The notes under the pieces were generated by a model, which saw only the letters and a program-made list of their open reading frames with translations, made no database searches and was not told where the DNA came from. Shown one piece after another: positions 46,103 to 55,750 of a stretch of DNA of 64,000 nucleotides. Made by a program: the position numbers and the translations under genes. The stretch spans positions 867,111-931,110 of the forward strand of contig CAWIDI010000005.1 in NCBI GenBank assembly GCA_963834915.1. The letters run 5' to 3'. Source of the stretch: an uncultured Chloroflexia bacterium. Its GTDB lineage: Bacteria > Chloroflexota > Limnocylindria > Limnocylindrales > CSP1-4. Numbering within the stretch: position 1 is the stretch's first letter; every line of letters begins with the position of its first letter.

Positions 46103-47681
46103 CGGCCGGACCGGGCGAGGCGGTCGCGGCCGCCGTGGGCTCGGTATCGGCGAGGTTGCCGGTCGCGGCGACCATCACCCGCTCCTCGGTCGCCTCGTCG
46201 TGCGCGATCTCGGCGGTGATCCTGCCCTCGTGGAGGACGAGGATGCGGTCCGACATCGCGAGGATCTCGGGGAGGTCGCTCGAGATGAGGACGATGCCGA
46301 GCCCGGACGCGGCGAGGTCGGAGATCATCCGGTGGACGGCGACCTTGGCCCCGATGTCGATGCCGCGGGTCGGCTCGTCGAGGATCAGCACGCCCGGCTT
46401 CGATGCCAGCCACTTGGCCAGCACGACCTTCTGCTGGTTCCCGCCCGACAGCGCGCCGACCGGCTGGTCGACGCCGATCATCCGGACGTCGAAGCGCGCC
46501 GTGTACTCGTTCGCGACCTCGCGCTCCTTCCCGCTGTCGATGACGAGCTGCGGGAACAGCCGCGGCAGGATCGGGAGGGTCACGTTCTCGGCGATCGTAA
46601 AGTCGAGGACCAGGCCCTGCTGGTGCCTGTCCTCGGGGAGGTAGGCGATGCCCGCATCCATCGCCGCGGACGGGCTCGAGAAGCTGACCGCCTTGCCGCC
46701 CAAACGCACCACCCCGGCGTCGCGCTCGTCGATGCCGAAGAGGACGCGGGCCACCTCGGTCCGCCCGGCGCCGACCAGACCGGCGAACCCGACGATCTCG
46801 CCGGCGCGGACCTGGAACGAGATGTCCCGGAACTCGCCGACCCGTGTCAGGCCCTCGACCTCCAGCAGCACCTCACCGACTGCGGTGGCCACCTTCGGGA
46901 ACAGCGAGACCGACCGGCCGACCATGTGGCGGACGAGGTCGGCGGTCGTGAGGTCGCGGGTGGCGGTGGTCACGACGAGGCGCCCATCGCGAAACACCGT
47001 CGCGCGGTCGCACAACTCGAAGACTTCGTCGAGGCGATGGCTGACGAACAGGATGGAGACGCCGCGGTCGCGCAGCCGGCGGACGATGCTGAAGAGCCGC
47101 TCGACCTCGTGGGCGGACAGCGACGCCGTCGGCTCGTCGAGGATCAGGACCCGCGCCTCGACCGACAGTGCCTTCGCGATCTCGATGAGCTGCTGGTCGG
47201 CCATCGACAGGCCGCGCACCGGGGCGCCGACGTCGAACTGGACGTCGAGCTCCCGGAAGAGCGCCTTCGCCTGCCGGCGCGACGCGCCCCAGTCGAGCAG
47301 GCCGAACCGGCCGGAGGGCGCGTGCCCGATGAACACGTTCTCGGCGACGGACAGGTCGGGGAAGAGGCTCGGCTCCTGGTGGACGACCGCGATGCCGAAG
47401 GCCCGTGCCTGCGCCGGCCCCGCGATGACCGTCTCGGCGCCGTCGAGCCGGATCGTGCCGGTGTCCGGCTGGTGGATGCCCGCCAGGACCTTGACGAGGG
47501 TGCTCTTGCCGGCGCCGTTCTCGCCGACCAGCGCGTGGATCTCGCCCGGGAGCAGCTCGAGCGAGACGTCGTCCAGCGCCTGGGTCGCGAGGAACCGCTT
47601 GGAGATGCCGCTGAGTCGGATCCGTGCGGCGGCGGCTGGCGACTCGGGCAGGGGCGCGATCGGCATCGTGCCGACCGTCAT
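46095..47681 (-). CDS. Monosaccharide ABC transporter ATP-binding protein with duplicated NBDs (RbsA-like)
   Basis: Two Walker A motifs (GENGAGKSTLVKVLAG; second domain ...GLVGAGRTEVARVLFG) and two LSGG signatures; start ATG 47681 overlaps the DeoR stop (ATGA). Confidence 0.85.
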   Translation of the reverse strand: MTVGTMPIAPLPESPAAAARIRLSGISKRFLATQALDDVSLELLPGEIHALVGENGAGKSTLVKVLAGIHQPDTGTIRLDGAETVIAGPAQARAFGIAVVHQEPSLFPDLSVAENVFIGHAPSGRFGLLDWGASRRQAKALFRELDVQFDVGAPVRGLSMADQQLIEIAKALSVEARVLILDEPTASLSAHEVERLFSIVRRLRDRGVSILFVSHRLDEVFELCDRATVFRDGRLVVTTATRDLTTADLVRHMVGRSVSLFPKVATAVGEVLLEVEGLTRVGEFRDISFQVRAGEIVGFAGLVGAGRTEVARVLFGIDERDAGVVRLGGKAVSFSSPSAAMDAGIAYLPEDRHQQGLVLDFTIAENVTLPILPRLFPQLVIDSGKEREVANEYTARFDVRMIGVDQPVGALSGGNQQKVVLAKWLASKPGVLILDEPTRGIDIGAKVAVHRMISDLAASGLGIVLISSDLPEILAMSDRILVLHEGRITAEIAHDEATEERVMVAATGNLADTEPTAAATASPGPADG

Positions 47682-48514
47682 GCCGGCACCGTCCCGCCGA
47701 TCGGCGAGGGCTGGACGGCCGCCACGCGCACGCTGATACCCCGCGCTGTGACCGCGTCGATCATCGACGCGGGGGCGCCGTCGTCGGTCAGCACCTGGTC
47801 GATGTCGTCTGTCTGGCAGAACGTCGCGAAGGCGGTGCGCTCCCACTTGGTGTGGTCGACGATCGCGATGACCTCGCGTGCGGCGGCGACCATCGCGCGC
47901 TTGATCTGGGCCTCCTCGTCGGTGGCGTCGCTCAGGCCCGATTCGATGGTGAACCCGGCGGCACCGACGATCGCCTTCTGGACGTTGATCCGGCTGAATA
48001 GACCGTCGCCGAGCTGGCCCACGACCGAGAGGGCCTCCCAGCGCACGCGACCGCCGAGCATCAGCACCACGATCCCCGGCGAGCCGGCCAGCTCCGAGGC
48101 CAGCCGCAGGCCGTTGGTGATGACCGTCAGCTGGCTCCAGCCGCCCTGTGCCCGTAGCCGGCGCGCCACCGCGAGTGCGGTCGTGCTGGCGTCCATGACG
48201 ATGCTCTCGCCGTCGCGGACGAGGGATGCGGCCAGGATCCCGATCGCGGCCTTCTGCTCCTGCTGGAGCCGTTCGCGGAGGTCGAAGGCGAGCTCCGGAT
48301 GGTTGCGCTCCGGCACGATCGCGCCGCCGTGGGTACGGATTACGCGGCCACCCGCCTCGAGCGCGACGAGGTCCTTGCGGATCGTCACCGACGAGACCCC
48401 GAAGCGTGCGGCGAGGTCGCTCACGCGGGCGCGCCCGTGCTCCTCGACGATGCGCCCGATGCGGTCCTGGCGCTCGCGGGCAAAGACGTCCCCGTGGTCG
48501 TTGTCGGTCGGCAC
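47678..48514 (-). CDS. DeoR-family transcriptional regulator (predicted rhamnose regulon repressor)
   Basis: RQDRIGRIVEEHGRARVSDLAARFGVSSVTIRKDLVALEAGGRVIRTHGGA = DeoR HTH plus C-terminal effector domain; GTG start at 48514. Confidence 0.8.
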   Translation of the reverse strand: MPTDNDHGDVFARERQDRIGRIVEEHGRARVSDLAARFGVSSVTIRKDLVALEAGGRVIRTHGGAIVPERNHPELAFDLRERLQQEQKAAIGILAASLVRDGESIVMDASTTALAVARRLRAQGGWSQLTVITNGLRLASELAGSPGIVVLMLGGRVRWEALSVVGQLGDGLFSRINVQKAIVGAAGFTIESGLSDATDEEAQIKRAMVAAAREVIAIVDHTKWERTAFATFCQTDDIDQVLTDDGAPASMIDAVTARGISVRVAAVQPSPIGGTVPA

Positions 48515-48851
48515 GCGCCTGCCTCTCCAAGTGGCCGATCTGGGGTCGGCACGTTTCGAAATCGGCCTCGGCGCACCTTAGAGCGAACGAGAACGTAATG
48601 TCAAGGAAGCAAGTTGAAATCATCCGAAACTTGTGTCACGCTATCGCCCGGTGGCCGGGGAGCGGTCACGACCAGGCGCTCGGGCGACCCTCGGTCGCTC
48701 GTTCCCATCCGGTCAGTGGCGGGACGGACGCACCATCTCCTCCGGTGCGCCGCCCGGCCCCGACCGGACGGGAATCCAGAGTCCAGAAGCCATACCATCG
48801 ACCGGGACGAGACGCACCGCGGCGGCAGGCCGCGGCGACGGAGGACACGAC

Positions 48852-50018
48852 GTGACGACACGATCAGCGGTCGCTGAGGCCCTCGCGGGCCACCGCATCG
48901 AGCTGCCGTCGTGGGCGTTCGGCAACTCTGGGACGCGGTTCAAGGTCTTCGCCCAGAAGGGCGTGCCGCGCGACCCCTACGAGAAGATCGCCGACGCCGC
49001 GCAGGTCCACCGCTACATCGGCGTCGCGCCGACGGTCGCGCTTCACATCCCGTGGGACAAGGTCGACGACTACGCGGCGTTGGCCGACCACGCGCGGTCG
49101 TGCGGCGTCGCCCTCGGGACCATCAACTCGAACACGTTCCAGGACGACGACTACATGCTCGGCAGCGTCTGCCACCCGGACGCGAAGACCCGCAAGAAGG
49201 CCGTCGGCCACCTGCTGGACTGCGTCGACATCATGGACGCGACCGGCTCGCGCGACCTCAAGCTGTGGTTCGCCGACGGCACCAACTACCCGGGCCAGGA
49301 CGACATCCGCGCGCGCCAGGACCGGCTGGCCGAGGCGCTCGCGACGGTCTACGCGCGGCTCGGGCCGGACCAGCGGATGGTCCTCGAGTACAAGTTCTTC
49401 GAGCCGTCGTTCTACACCACCGACGTCCCGGACTGGGGCACGGCGTTCGCCCATTGCATGGCGCTCGGCCCCAAGGCGCTCGTGGTCCTCGACACCGGAC
49501 ACCATGCGCCGGGCACCAACATCGAGTTCATCGTGGCGCAGCTGCTGCGCCTCGGGAAGCTCGGAGCCTTCGACTTCAACTCGCGCTTCTACGCCGACGA
49601 CGACCTGATGGTCGGGGCAGCCGACCCGTTCCAGCTGTTCCGGATCATGTGCGAGGTGGTCGCCGCGGACGCGCTCAAGCCCGAGGCCGGCGTCGCCTTC
49701 ATGCTCGACCAGTGCCACAACATCGAGCCCAAGATCCCCGGCCAGATCCGCTCGGTGATGAATGTCCAGGAGGCGACCGCGAAGGCGCTCCTCGTGGACC
49801 GGGCGGCCCTCGCCGCGGCCCAGCGTTCAGGTGACGTCCTCGGGGCCAACGCCGTCCTGATGGACGCCTACGACACCGATGTCCGTCCGCTGCTCGCCGA
49901 GGTGCGGACGGGGATGGGCCTCGACCCCGACCCGATGGGCGCCTACGCGCGGTCTGGGTATGCCAGGAAGATCGTCGCCGAGCGGGTCGGCGGCCAGGCC
50001 GCGGGGTGGGGCGCGTGA
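48852..50018 (+). CDS. rhaI: L-rhamnose isomerase (xylose-isomerase-like TIM-barrel type found in Actinobacteria)
   Basis: VTTRSAVAEALAGHRIELPSWAFGNSGTRFKVFAQKGVPRDPYEKIADAAQVHRYIGVAPTVALHIPWD...; GTG start at 48852 preceded by GGAGGA; the track ATG at 48633 would add a low-complexity extension. Confidence 0.8.
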   Translation: MTTRSAVAEALAGHRIELPSWAFGNSGTRFKVFAQKGVPRDPYEKIADAAQVHRYIGVAPTVALHIPWDKVDDYAALADHARSCGVALGTINSNTFQDDDYMLGSVCHPDAKTRKKAVGHLLDCVDIMDATGSRDLKLWFADGTNYPGQDDIRARQDRLAEALATVYARLGPDQRMVLEYKFFEPSFYTTDVPDWGTAFAHCMALGPKALVVLDTGHHAPGTNIEFIVAQLLRLGKLGAFDFNSRFYADDDLMVGAADPFQLFRIMCEVVAADALKPEAGVAFMLDQCHNIEPKIPGQIRSVMNVQEATAKALLVDRAALAAAQRSGDVLGANAVLMDAYDTDVRPLLAEVRTGMGLDPDPMGAYARSGYARKIVAERVGGQAAGWGA

Positions 50019-52057
50019 CCGTCGAGACCGCGCCGGTCCAGGCGCTGCTGGACCGCTCACATCGCCTCGGCGCGGACCCGCGGACCACGAACTACGCCGG
50101 TGGCAACACGTCGGCCAAGGGGACCGCGATCGACCCGGCCACCGGACTCCCCGTCGACCTGCTGTGGGTCAAGGGGTCCGGCGGCGACCTTGGAACGCTG
50201 ACCCAGTCCGGTCTGGCGGTCCTCCGACTCGACCGGCTGCGCGCGCTGGTCGACGTCTACCCCGGCGTCGAGCGCGAGGACGAGATGGTCGCCGCGTTCG
50301 ACTTCTGCCTTCACGGCCGGGGCGGCGCGGCCCCGTCGATCGACACTGCGATGCACGCGCTGGTCGACGCCGACCACGTCGACCACCTCCATCCCGACGC
50401 CGGGATCGCGTTCGCCACGGCCGCCGACGGCGAGGCGCTGACCCGCCGCTGCTTCGCAGACCGCGTCGCCTGGGTCCCGTGGCGCCGGCCCGGCTTCCAG
50501 CTCGGGCTGGACATGGCGGCCATCCGGCGCGACCGGCCGGACGCGATCGGCGCGGTCCTCGGCGGCCACGGCATCACGGCCTGGGGCGAGACGTCCGACG
50601 GTTGCGAGGCCAACTCCTTCGAGATTATCCGGACCGCCGAGGCGTTCATCGCGGAGCATGGGCGCGCCGAGCCGTTCGGGGCGTCGGTTCCGGGGTTCGA
50701 GCCGCTGCCCGCGGCGGAGCGGCGCGAGCGCGCCGCAGCGCTGCTCCCGGTCCTGCGCGGCCTCGCCTCGACCGACCGGCCGCAGGTGGGCCACTTCAAC
50801 GACACCGATGCCGTCCTCGACTTCGTGTCGCGGGCCGAGCATCCACGGCTGGCGGCGCTCGGGACGTCGTGCCCGGACCACTTCCTGCGGACGAAGGTCG
50901 CGCCGATGGTGCTCGACCTGCCGCCGAGCGCGACCATCGAGGCGACGGTCGGGCGCCTCAAGGAGCTCCACGCGGCCTATCGCGAGGCCTACCGCGCCTA
51001 CTACGAGCGGCACGCCACGACCGACAGCCCGGCCATGCGCGGCGCCGACCCGGCGATCGTTCTGGTGCCAGGCGTCGGGATGTTCAGCTTCGGCGCCAAC
51101 AAGCAGACCGCGCGGGTCGCCGGCGAGTTCTACGTCAACGCGATCAACGTGATGCGCGGCGCCGAGGCGCTCTCCACCTACGCGCCGATCGCCGAATCCG
51201 AGAAGTTCCGCATCGAGTACTGGGCGCTCGAGGAGGCCAAGCTCGCGCGCCTGCCGCAGCCGAAGCCGCTGGCCACCCGGGTCGCGTTCGTGACCGGTGC
51301 CGGGTCGGGGATCGGCAAGGCCATCGCCCACCGGCTCGCCGCCGAGGGCGCGTGCGTGGTCGTCGCCGATATCGACGGCCCGAGCGCCGAGGCGGTGGCC
51401 GCGGAGCTCGGCGGGACCGATGTGGCGGTCGCGGTGACGGTCGACGTGACCAGCGAGGAGCAGGTGGTCGACGCCTTCCGCCGCGCGGTGCTCGCGTTCG
51501 GCGGGGTCGACCTCGTCGTCAACAACGCCGGCCTGTCGATCTCGAAGCCGCTGCTCGAGACGACTCTGGCCGACTGGGACCTCCAGCACGACGTCATGGC
51601 CCGCGGCTCGTTCCTGGTCTCGCGCGAGGCGGCGCGGATCATGATCGACCAGGAGATGGGCGGCGACATCGTCTACATCGTGAGCAAGAACGCGTTCTTC
51701 GCCGGCCCCAACAACGTCGCCTACGGGGCATCGAAGGCCGACCAGGCCCACCAGGTCCGGCTGCTCGCCGCGGAGCTGGGCGCCTTCGGGATCCGGGTCA
51801 ACGGCGTGAACCCCGACGGCGTCGTCCGCGGCTCCGGGATCTTCTCGAAGGGCTGGGGCGCCGACCGGGCACGCACCTACGGGATCCCCGAGGACAAGCT
51901 GGGCGAGTTCTACGCGCAGCGGACGCTGCTCAAGCACGAGGTCCTGCCCGAGCACGTGGCGGCCGCGGTCTTCGCCCTGACCGGCGGCGACCTCAGCCAG
52001 ACGACCGGGCTGCACATCCCCGTCGACGCCGGGGTTGCCGCCGCCTTCCTGCGGTGA
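50015..52057 (+). CDS. rhaEW: Bifunctional rhamnulose-1-phosphate aldolase / lactaldehyde (short-chain) dehydrogenase
   Basis: N-terminal class-II aldolase/adducin domain (...TNYAGGNTSAKG...) fused to C-terminal SDR (VAFVTGAGSGIGKAIA...YGASKAD...); GTGA overlap with the rhaI stop. Confidence 0.8.
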   Translation: MTVETAPVQALLDRSHRLGADPRTTNYAGGNTSAKGTAIDPATGLPVDLLWVKGSGGDLGTLTQSGLAVLRLDRLRALVDVYPGVEREDEMVAAFDFCLHGRGGAAPSIDTAMHALVDADHVDHLHPDAGIAFATAADGEALTRRCFADRVAWVPWRRPGFQLGLDMAAIRRDRPDAIGAVLGGHGITAWGETSDGCEANSFEIIRTAEAFIAEHGRAEPFGASVPGFEPLPAAERRERAAALLPVLRGLASTDRPQVGHFNDTDAVLDFVSRAEHPRLAALGTSCPDHFLRTKVAPMVLDLPPSATIEATVGRLKELHAAYREAYRAYYERHATTDSPAMRGADPAIVLVPGVGMFSFGANKQTARVAGEFYVNAINVMRGAEALSTYAPIAESEKFRIEYWALEEAKLARLPQPKPLATRVAFVTGAGSGIGKAIAHRLAAEGACVVVADIDGPSAEAVAAELGGTDVAVAVTVDVTSEEQVVDAFRRAVLAFGGVDLVVNNAGLSISKPLLETTLADWDLQHDVMARGSFLVSREAARIMIDQEMGGDIVYIVSKNAFFAGPNNVAYGASKADQAHQVRLLAAELGAFGIRVNGVNPDGVVRGSGIFSKGWGADRARTYGIPEDKLGEFYAQRTLLKHEVLPEHVAAAVFALTGGDLSQTTGLHIPVDAGVAAAFLR

Positions 52058-53505
52058 CCGCGCGGCCGCTCGCCGCCATCGACCTGGGTGCGTCCAGCGG
52101 CCGCGTCATCGTCGGGCGGATCGGCCCCGACACCATCGAGCTCGACGAGGTCCACCGCTTCCTGAACGGCCCGGTCGAGCGCGCCGACGGCCTGCACTGG
52201 GACATCGAGGCGATCGTCGGCGAGATCCTGACCGGGCTGGCCGCCGCGGGCCGCGCGAACGACGGTGACCTCGCCGGGATCGCGGTGGACTCGTGGGCGA
52301 TCGACTACGGGCTGATCGACCGCTCCGGGGCGTCGCTCGGCGAGCCGTTCCACCATCGCGACGCGCGCGGGCCGGCGGCCGTGCCCGAGGTCCACGCCGT
52401 CATCCCGCCGGAGCGGCTATACCAGCGGACCGGCGTGCAGTTCCTGGGCATCAACACGATCTACCAGCTGGCCGCCGAGCGCGGGCGGCCGGCCTTCGCC
52501 CAGGCCGACCGGCTGCTGCTGGTCCCGGACCTGGTCGGATACCGGCTGACAGGCGTGGTCGCCGCCGAGGCGACGAACGCGTCGACGACCGGGCTGTTCG
52601 ACGTCGCGACGCGCGACTGGGCGACGGACCTGATCGAGGAGCTGGGGCTGCCGCGCTCGATCTTCCCGCCGATCGCGCAGCCCGGCGAGCCGGTCGGTCC
52701 CCTGCTCCCAGATGTGGCCGCCGCGGGCGGGCTCCCGGCCGGCGTCCCGGTCATCCACGTCGGCTCGCACGACACGGCCTCAGCCTACGTCGGCGTGCCG
52801 GCCGCCGACGATCGCGCGGCATTCATCGCCTGCGGGACGTGGGCGCTGGTCGGCGTGGAGATCTCGCTGCCGATCCTGACCGAGGCCAGCCGCGCGGCGA
52901 ACTTCACCAACGAGCTGGGCGTCGACGGCCGCATTCGCTACCTGCACAACGTCATGGGGCTCTGGCTGCTCCAGGAATTGCTCCGGACGTGGGGCGTCGC
53001 CGGCGACGCGGCGGCCCTCGAGGCACTGCTGGCGGCGGCAGCCGAGGTTCCGGCGGGTGGCCCCACCTTCGACGCCGACGACCCGGCATTCCTCGCGCCC
53101 GGCGACATGCCGGCCCGGATCGCCGACCAGCTGGCGCGAACCGACCGGCCCGTGCCCACCGCGCGGGCGGCATGGGTGCGCTGCATCCTCGACAGCCTCG
53201 CCGCGGCGTTCGCGCACGCCGTCGACGACGCGTCGCGGCTCTCCGGCCAAGCCGTCGACGTCATCCACGTCGTCGGCGGTGGGAGCCGCAACGCCCTGCT
53301 CTGCCAGCTGACCGCAGACGCCGCCGCCCGGCCGGTCGTCGCCGGGCCGGTCGAAGCCACGGCGATCGGCAACCTGCTCGTCCAGGCGCGGGCGCAGGGG
53401 ACCATCGACGGCGACCTCGAGTCGCTCCGGGCGCTGGTCCGCGCGACGAGCGAGCTCCGGCGATTCGAGCCACGCTCGTCGGCCGCCGGGCGTCGGGCAC
53501 ACTGA
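52054..53505 (+). CDS. rhaB: Rhamnulokinase (FGGY family)
   Basis: VTARPLAAIDLGASSGRVIVGRI... FGGY N- and C-domains, 483 aa; GTGA overlap with the rhaEW stop. Confidence 0.8.
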   Translation: MTARPLAAIDLGASSGRVIVGRIGPDTIELDEVHRFLNGPVERADGLHWDIEAIVGEILTGLAAAGRANDGDLAGIAVDSWAIDYGLIDRSGASLGEPFHHRDARGPAAVPEVHAVIPPERLYQRTGVQFLGINTIYQLAAERGRPAFAQADRLLLVPDLVGYRLTGVVAAEATNASTTGLFDVATRDWATDLIEELGLPRSIFPPIAQPGEPVGPLLPDVAAAGGLPAGVPVIHVGSHDTASAYVGVPAADDRAAFIACGTWALVGVEISLPILTEASRAANFTNELGVDGRIRYLHNVMGLWLLQELLRTWGVAGDAAALEALLAAAAEVPAGGPTFDADDPAFLAPGDMPARIADQLARTDRPVPTARAAWVRCILDSLAAAFAHAVDDASRLSGQAVDVIHVVGGGSRNALLCQLTADAAARPVVAGPVEATAIGNLLVQARAQGTIDGDLESLRALVRATSELRRFEPRSSAAGRRAH

Positions 53506-53510
53506 CCCCG

Positions 53511-54257
53511 ATGCACGTCGCCCTCTTCATCACCTGCTTCAACGACATGTTGTTCCCCGATGTCGGGCGGGCGACCGTGACCGTGCTGCGCCGCCTGGGG
53601 GTGGAGGTCGACTTCCCCGAGACGCAGACGTGCTGCGGCCAGATGCACTTCAACACCGGCTATCGCGACGCGTGCGTGCCCCTCGTCCAGAACTTCACCC
53701 GCGCATTCGAGGGGTTCGACGCCGTCGTCACCCCGTCCCCGTCGTGCGCGGCGATGGTCCGCCACCAGCACCCGACCGTGGCCGCGCACGCGGCGGCGCG
53801 CGGCATCGACCCTGGCCTCGGCAGGCGCGTGGCGACGCTCGGTCCGCGCATCCATGAGTTCACGGAGTTCCTTGTGGACGTTCTCGGCGTCACCGATGTC
53901 GGGGCCGCATTCCCGCACCGCGTCGCGTTCCACCCGACCTGCCATTCGGTCCGGTTCCTGGGGATCGGCGACCGGCCGAGGCGCCTGCTGAGCGGTGTGG
54001 CAGGGCTGACGCTCCTCGACATCGCCGATGCCGACCAGTGCTGCGGCTTCGGCGGCACGTTTGCCGCCAAGAACGCGGACACGTCGCTGGCGATGGGGAC
54101 CGACAAGGTCGCCGCGGTCGAGGCGACGGGCGCGGAGGTCCTGACCGCCGCGGACACGTCGTGCCTGATGCACCTCGGCGGGATGCTCTCGAGGCGCGCG
54201 TCGCCGATCCGGGTGATGCACCTCGCGGAGATCCTAGCCAGCGAGGCGCCGGCATGA
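53511..54257 (+). CDS. lutA: Lactate utilization protein A (Fe-S oxidoreductase, CCG-domain)
   Basis: MHVALFITCFNDMLFPDVGRATVTVLRRLGVEVDFPETQTCCGQMHFNTGY... two CCG (CxxCC) motifs. Confidence 0.8.
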   Translation: MHVALFITCFNDMLFPDVGRATVTVLRRLGVEVDFPETQTCCGQMHFNTGYRDACVPLVQNFTRAFEGFDAVVTPSPSCAAMVRHQHPTVAAHAAARGIDPGLGRRVATLGPRIHEFTEFLVDVLGVTDVGAAFPHRVAFHPTCHSVRFLGIGDRPRRLLSGVAGLTLLDIADADQCCGFGGTFAAKNADTSLAMGTDKVAAVEATGAEVLTAADTSCLMHLGGMLSRRASPIRVMHLAEILASEAPA

Positions 54258-55750
54258 CCGCGCCCGTGCCGCCGGTCCCGCACCACTCGTTCGCCGACAC
54301 GCCGCCGTTCCCGAAGGCGGCGAAGACCGCGCTCGCCGATGGGCAGCTCCGCGCCAACCTCGCGAAGGCGACGACCACCATCCGCACGAAGCGAGCGCGC
54401 GCCGTCGCCGAGCGCGACGACTGGGAGGCGCTGCGCCTCGCCGGGGCGGCCATCAAGGACGAGGTGCTCCGCGACCTGCCGGCATTGCTGGCCCAGCTCG
54501 AGGCGCGCGTGACCGCCGCCGGCGGCACCGTCCACTGGGCGCGCGACGCGGCCGAGGCGAACGCGATCGTCGCGCGCCTCGCCCATGAAGCCGGCGCCGA
54601 CGAGGTCATCAAGGTCAAGTCGATGGCGACCCAGGAGATCGGCCTGAACGACGCGCTCGCGCGCGAAGGCATCGCGGCCTGGGAGACCGACCTGGCCGAG
54701 CTCATCGTCCAGCTCGGGCACGACCTGCCGTCGCACATCCTCGTCCCGGCCATCCATCGCAACCGGCGGGAGATCCGCGAGATCTTCCTGCGCGAGATGG
54801 CTGCGGCTGGCCGGCCGGCGCCGGCGGACCTCAGCGACGAGCCGCGGGCGCTCGCGGAAGCCGCCCGGCTCCACCTGCGCGAGAAGTTCCTGCGGGGGAA
54901 GGTTGCCATCTCGGGCGCGAATTTCGCGGTCGCCGAGACCGGGACGGTGATGGTCGTCGAGTCGGAGGGCAACGGGCGAATGTGCCTGACCCTCCCCGAG
55001 GTCCTCATCACGGTCATGGGCATCGAGAAGTTGATCCCGCGTTGGCAGGACCTCGAGATCTTCCTCCAACTCCTGCCGCGCTCGTCGACCGCCGAGCGGA
55101 TGAACCCATACACCACGATGTGGACCGGGGTGACGCCCGGCGACGGGCCGCAGGCGTTCCACCTGGTCCTGCTCGACAATGGGCGGACGGACACGCTGGT
55201 CGACCCGGTCGGGCGCCAGGCGCTGCGCTGCATCAAGTGCTCGGCCTGCCTGAACGTGTGCCCCGTCTACGAGCGGACCGGCGGCGTGGCCTACGGGTCG
55301 CCCTACCCGGGGCCGATCGGGGCGATCCTCACGCCGCAGCTGCGCGGTATCAACCGCGGACCGGTCGATGCCCAGACCGCATCGCTCCCCTATGCGTCGT
55401 CGCTATGCGGCGCCTGCTTCGAGGTCTGCCCGGTCCGCATCGACATCCCCGAGGTGCTCGTCCACCTGCGGGCCAAGGTCGTCGAGCAGCGCGGCTGGCG
55501 CGGGCGAGCGTCCGAGGAGGCCGTCCTCATGGCCTCGATGGGCTGGGCGTTCCGCGGCTCGACGCGGCTCGGGCTCTCGGAGCGTGCCGCGGCCTTCGGC
55601 GGACGAGTGCTGGGCCGTCGTGGCTGGATCCGCGGCGCTCCCGGGCCGGGCATGCTGCGGGCGTGGCTGCGCGGCCGCGACCTCGTCCAGCCTGCCCGGC
55701 AGTCGTTCCGCCGCTGGTGGTCGTCCGCGGGGCGGGAGGACCGCCGGTGA
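54254..55750 (+). CDS. lutB: Lactate utilization protein B (4Fe-4S ferredoxin-type, LUD domain)
   Basis: ...CIKCSACLNVCPVYERTGG...CGACFEVCPVRIDIPE (two 4Fe-4S motifs) preceded by a LUD/DUF162 domain; ATGA overlap with lutA. Confidence 0.8.
   Translation: MTAPVPPVPHHSFADTPPFPKAAKTALADGQLRANLAKATTTIRTKRARAVAERDDWEALRLAGAAIKDEVLRDLPALLAQLEARVTAAGGTVHWARDAAEANAIVARLAHEAGADEVIKVKSMATQEIGLNDALAREGIAAWETDLAELIVQLGHDLPSHILVPAIHRNRREIREIFLREMAAAGRPAPADLSDEPRALAEAARLHLREKFLRGKVAISGANFAVAETGTVMVVESEGNGRMCLTLPEVLITVMGIEKLIPRWQDLEIFLQLLPRSSTAERMNPYTTMWTGVTPGDGPQAFHLVLLDNGRTDTLVDPVGRQALRCIKCSACLNVCPVYERTGGVAYGSPYPGPIGAILTPQLRGINRGPVDAQTASLPYASSLCGACFEVCPVRIDIPEVLVHLRAKVVEQRGWRGRASEEAVLMASMGWAFRGSTRLGLSERAAAFGGRVLGRRGWIRGAPGPGMLRAWLRGRDLVQPARQSFRRWWSSAGREDRR

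Noticed and set aside
48633-48851. Upstream ATG start for rhaI giving a 461-aa product
   Set aside because: The extra 73 residues are low-complexity (RPGARATLGRSFPSGQWRDGRTISSGAPPG...). The GTG at 48852 has a good GGAGGA Shine-Dalgarno and matches isomerase N-termini.
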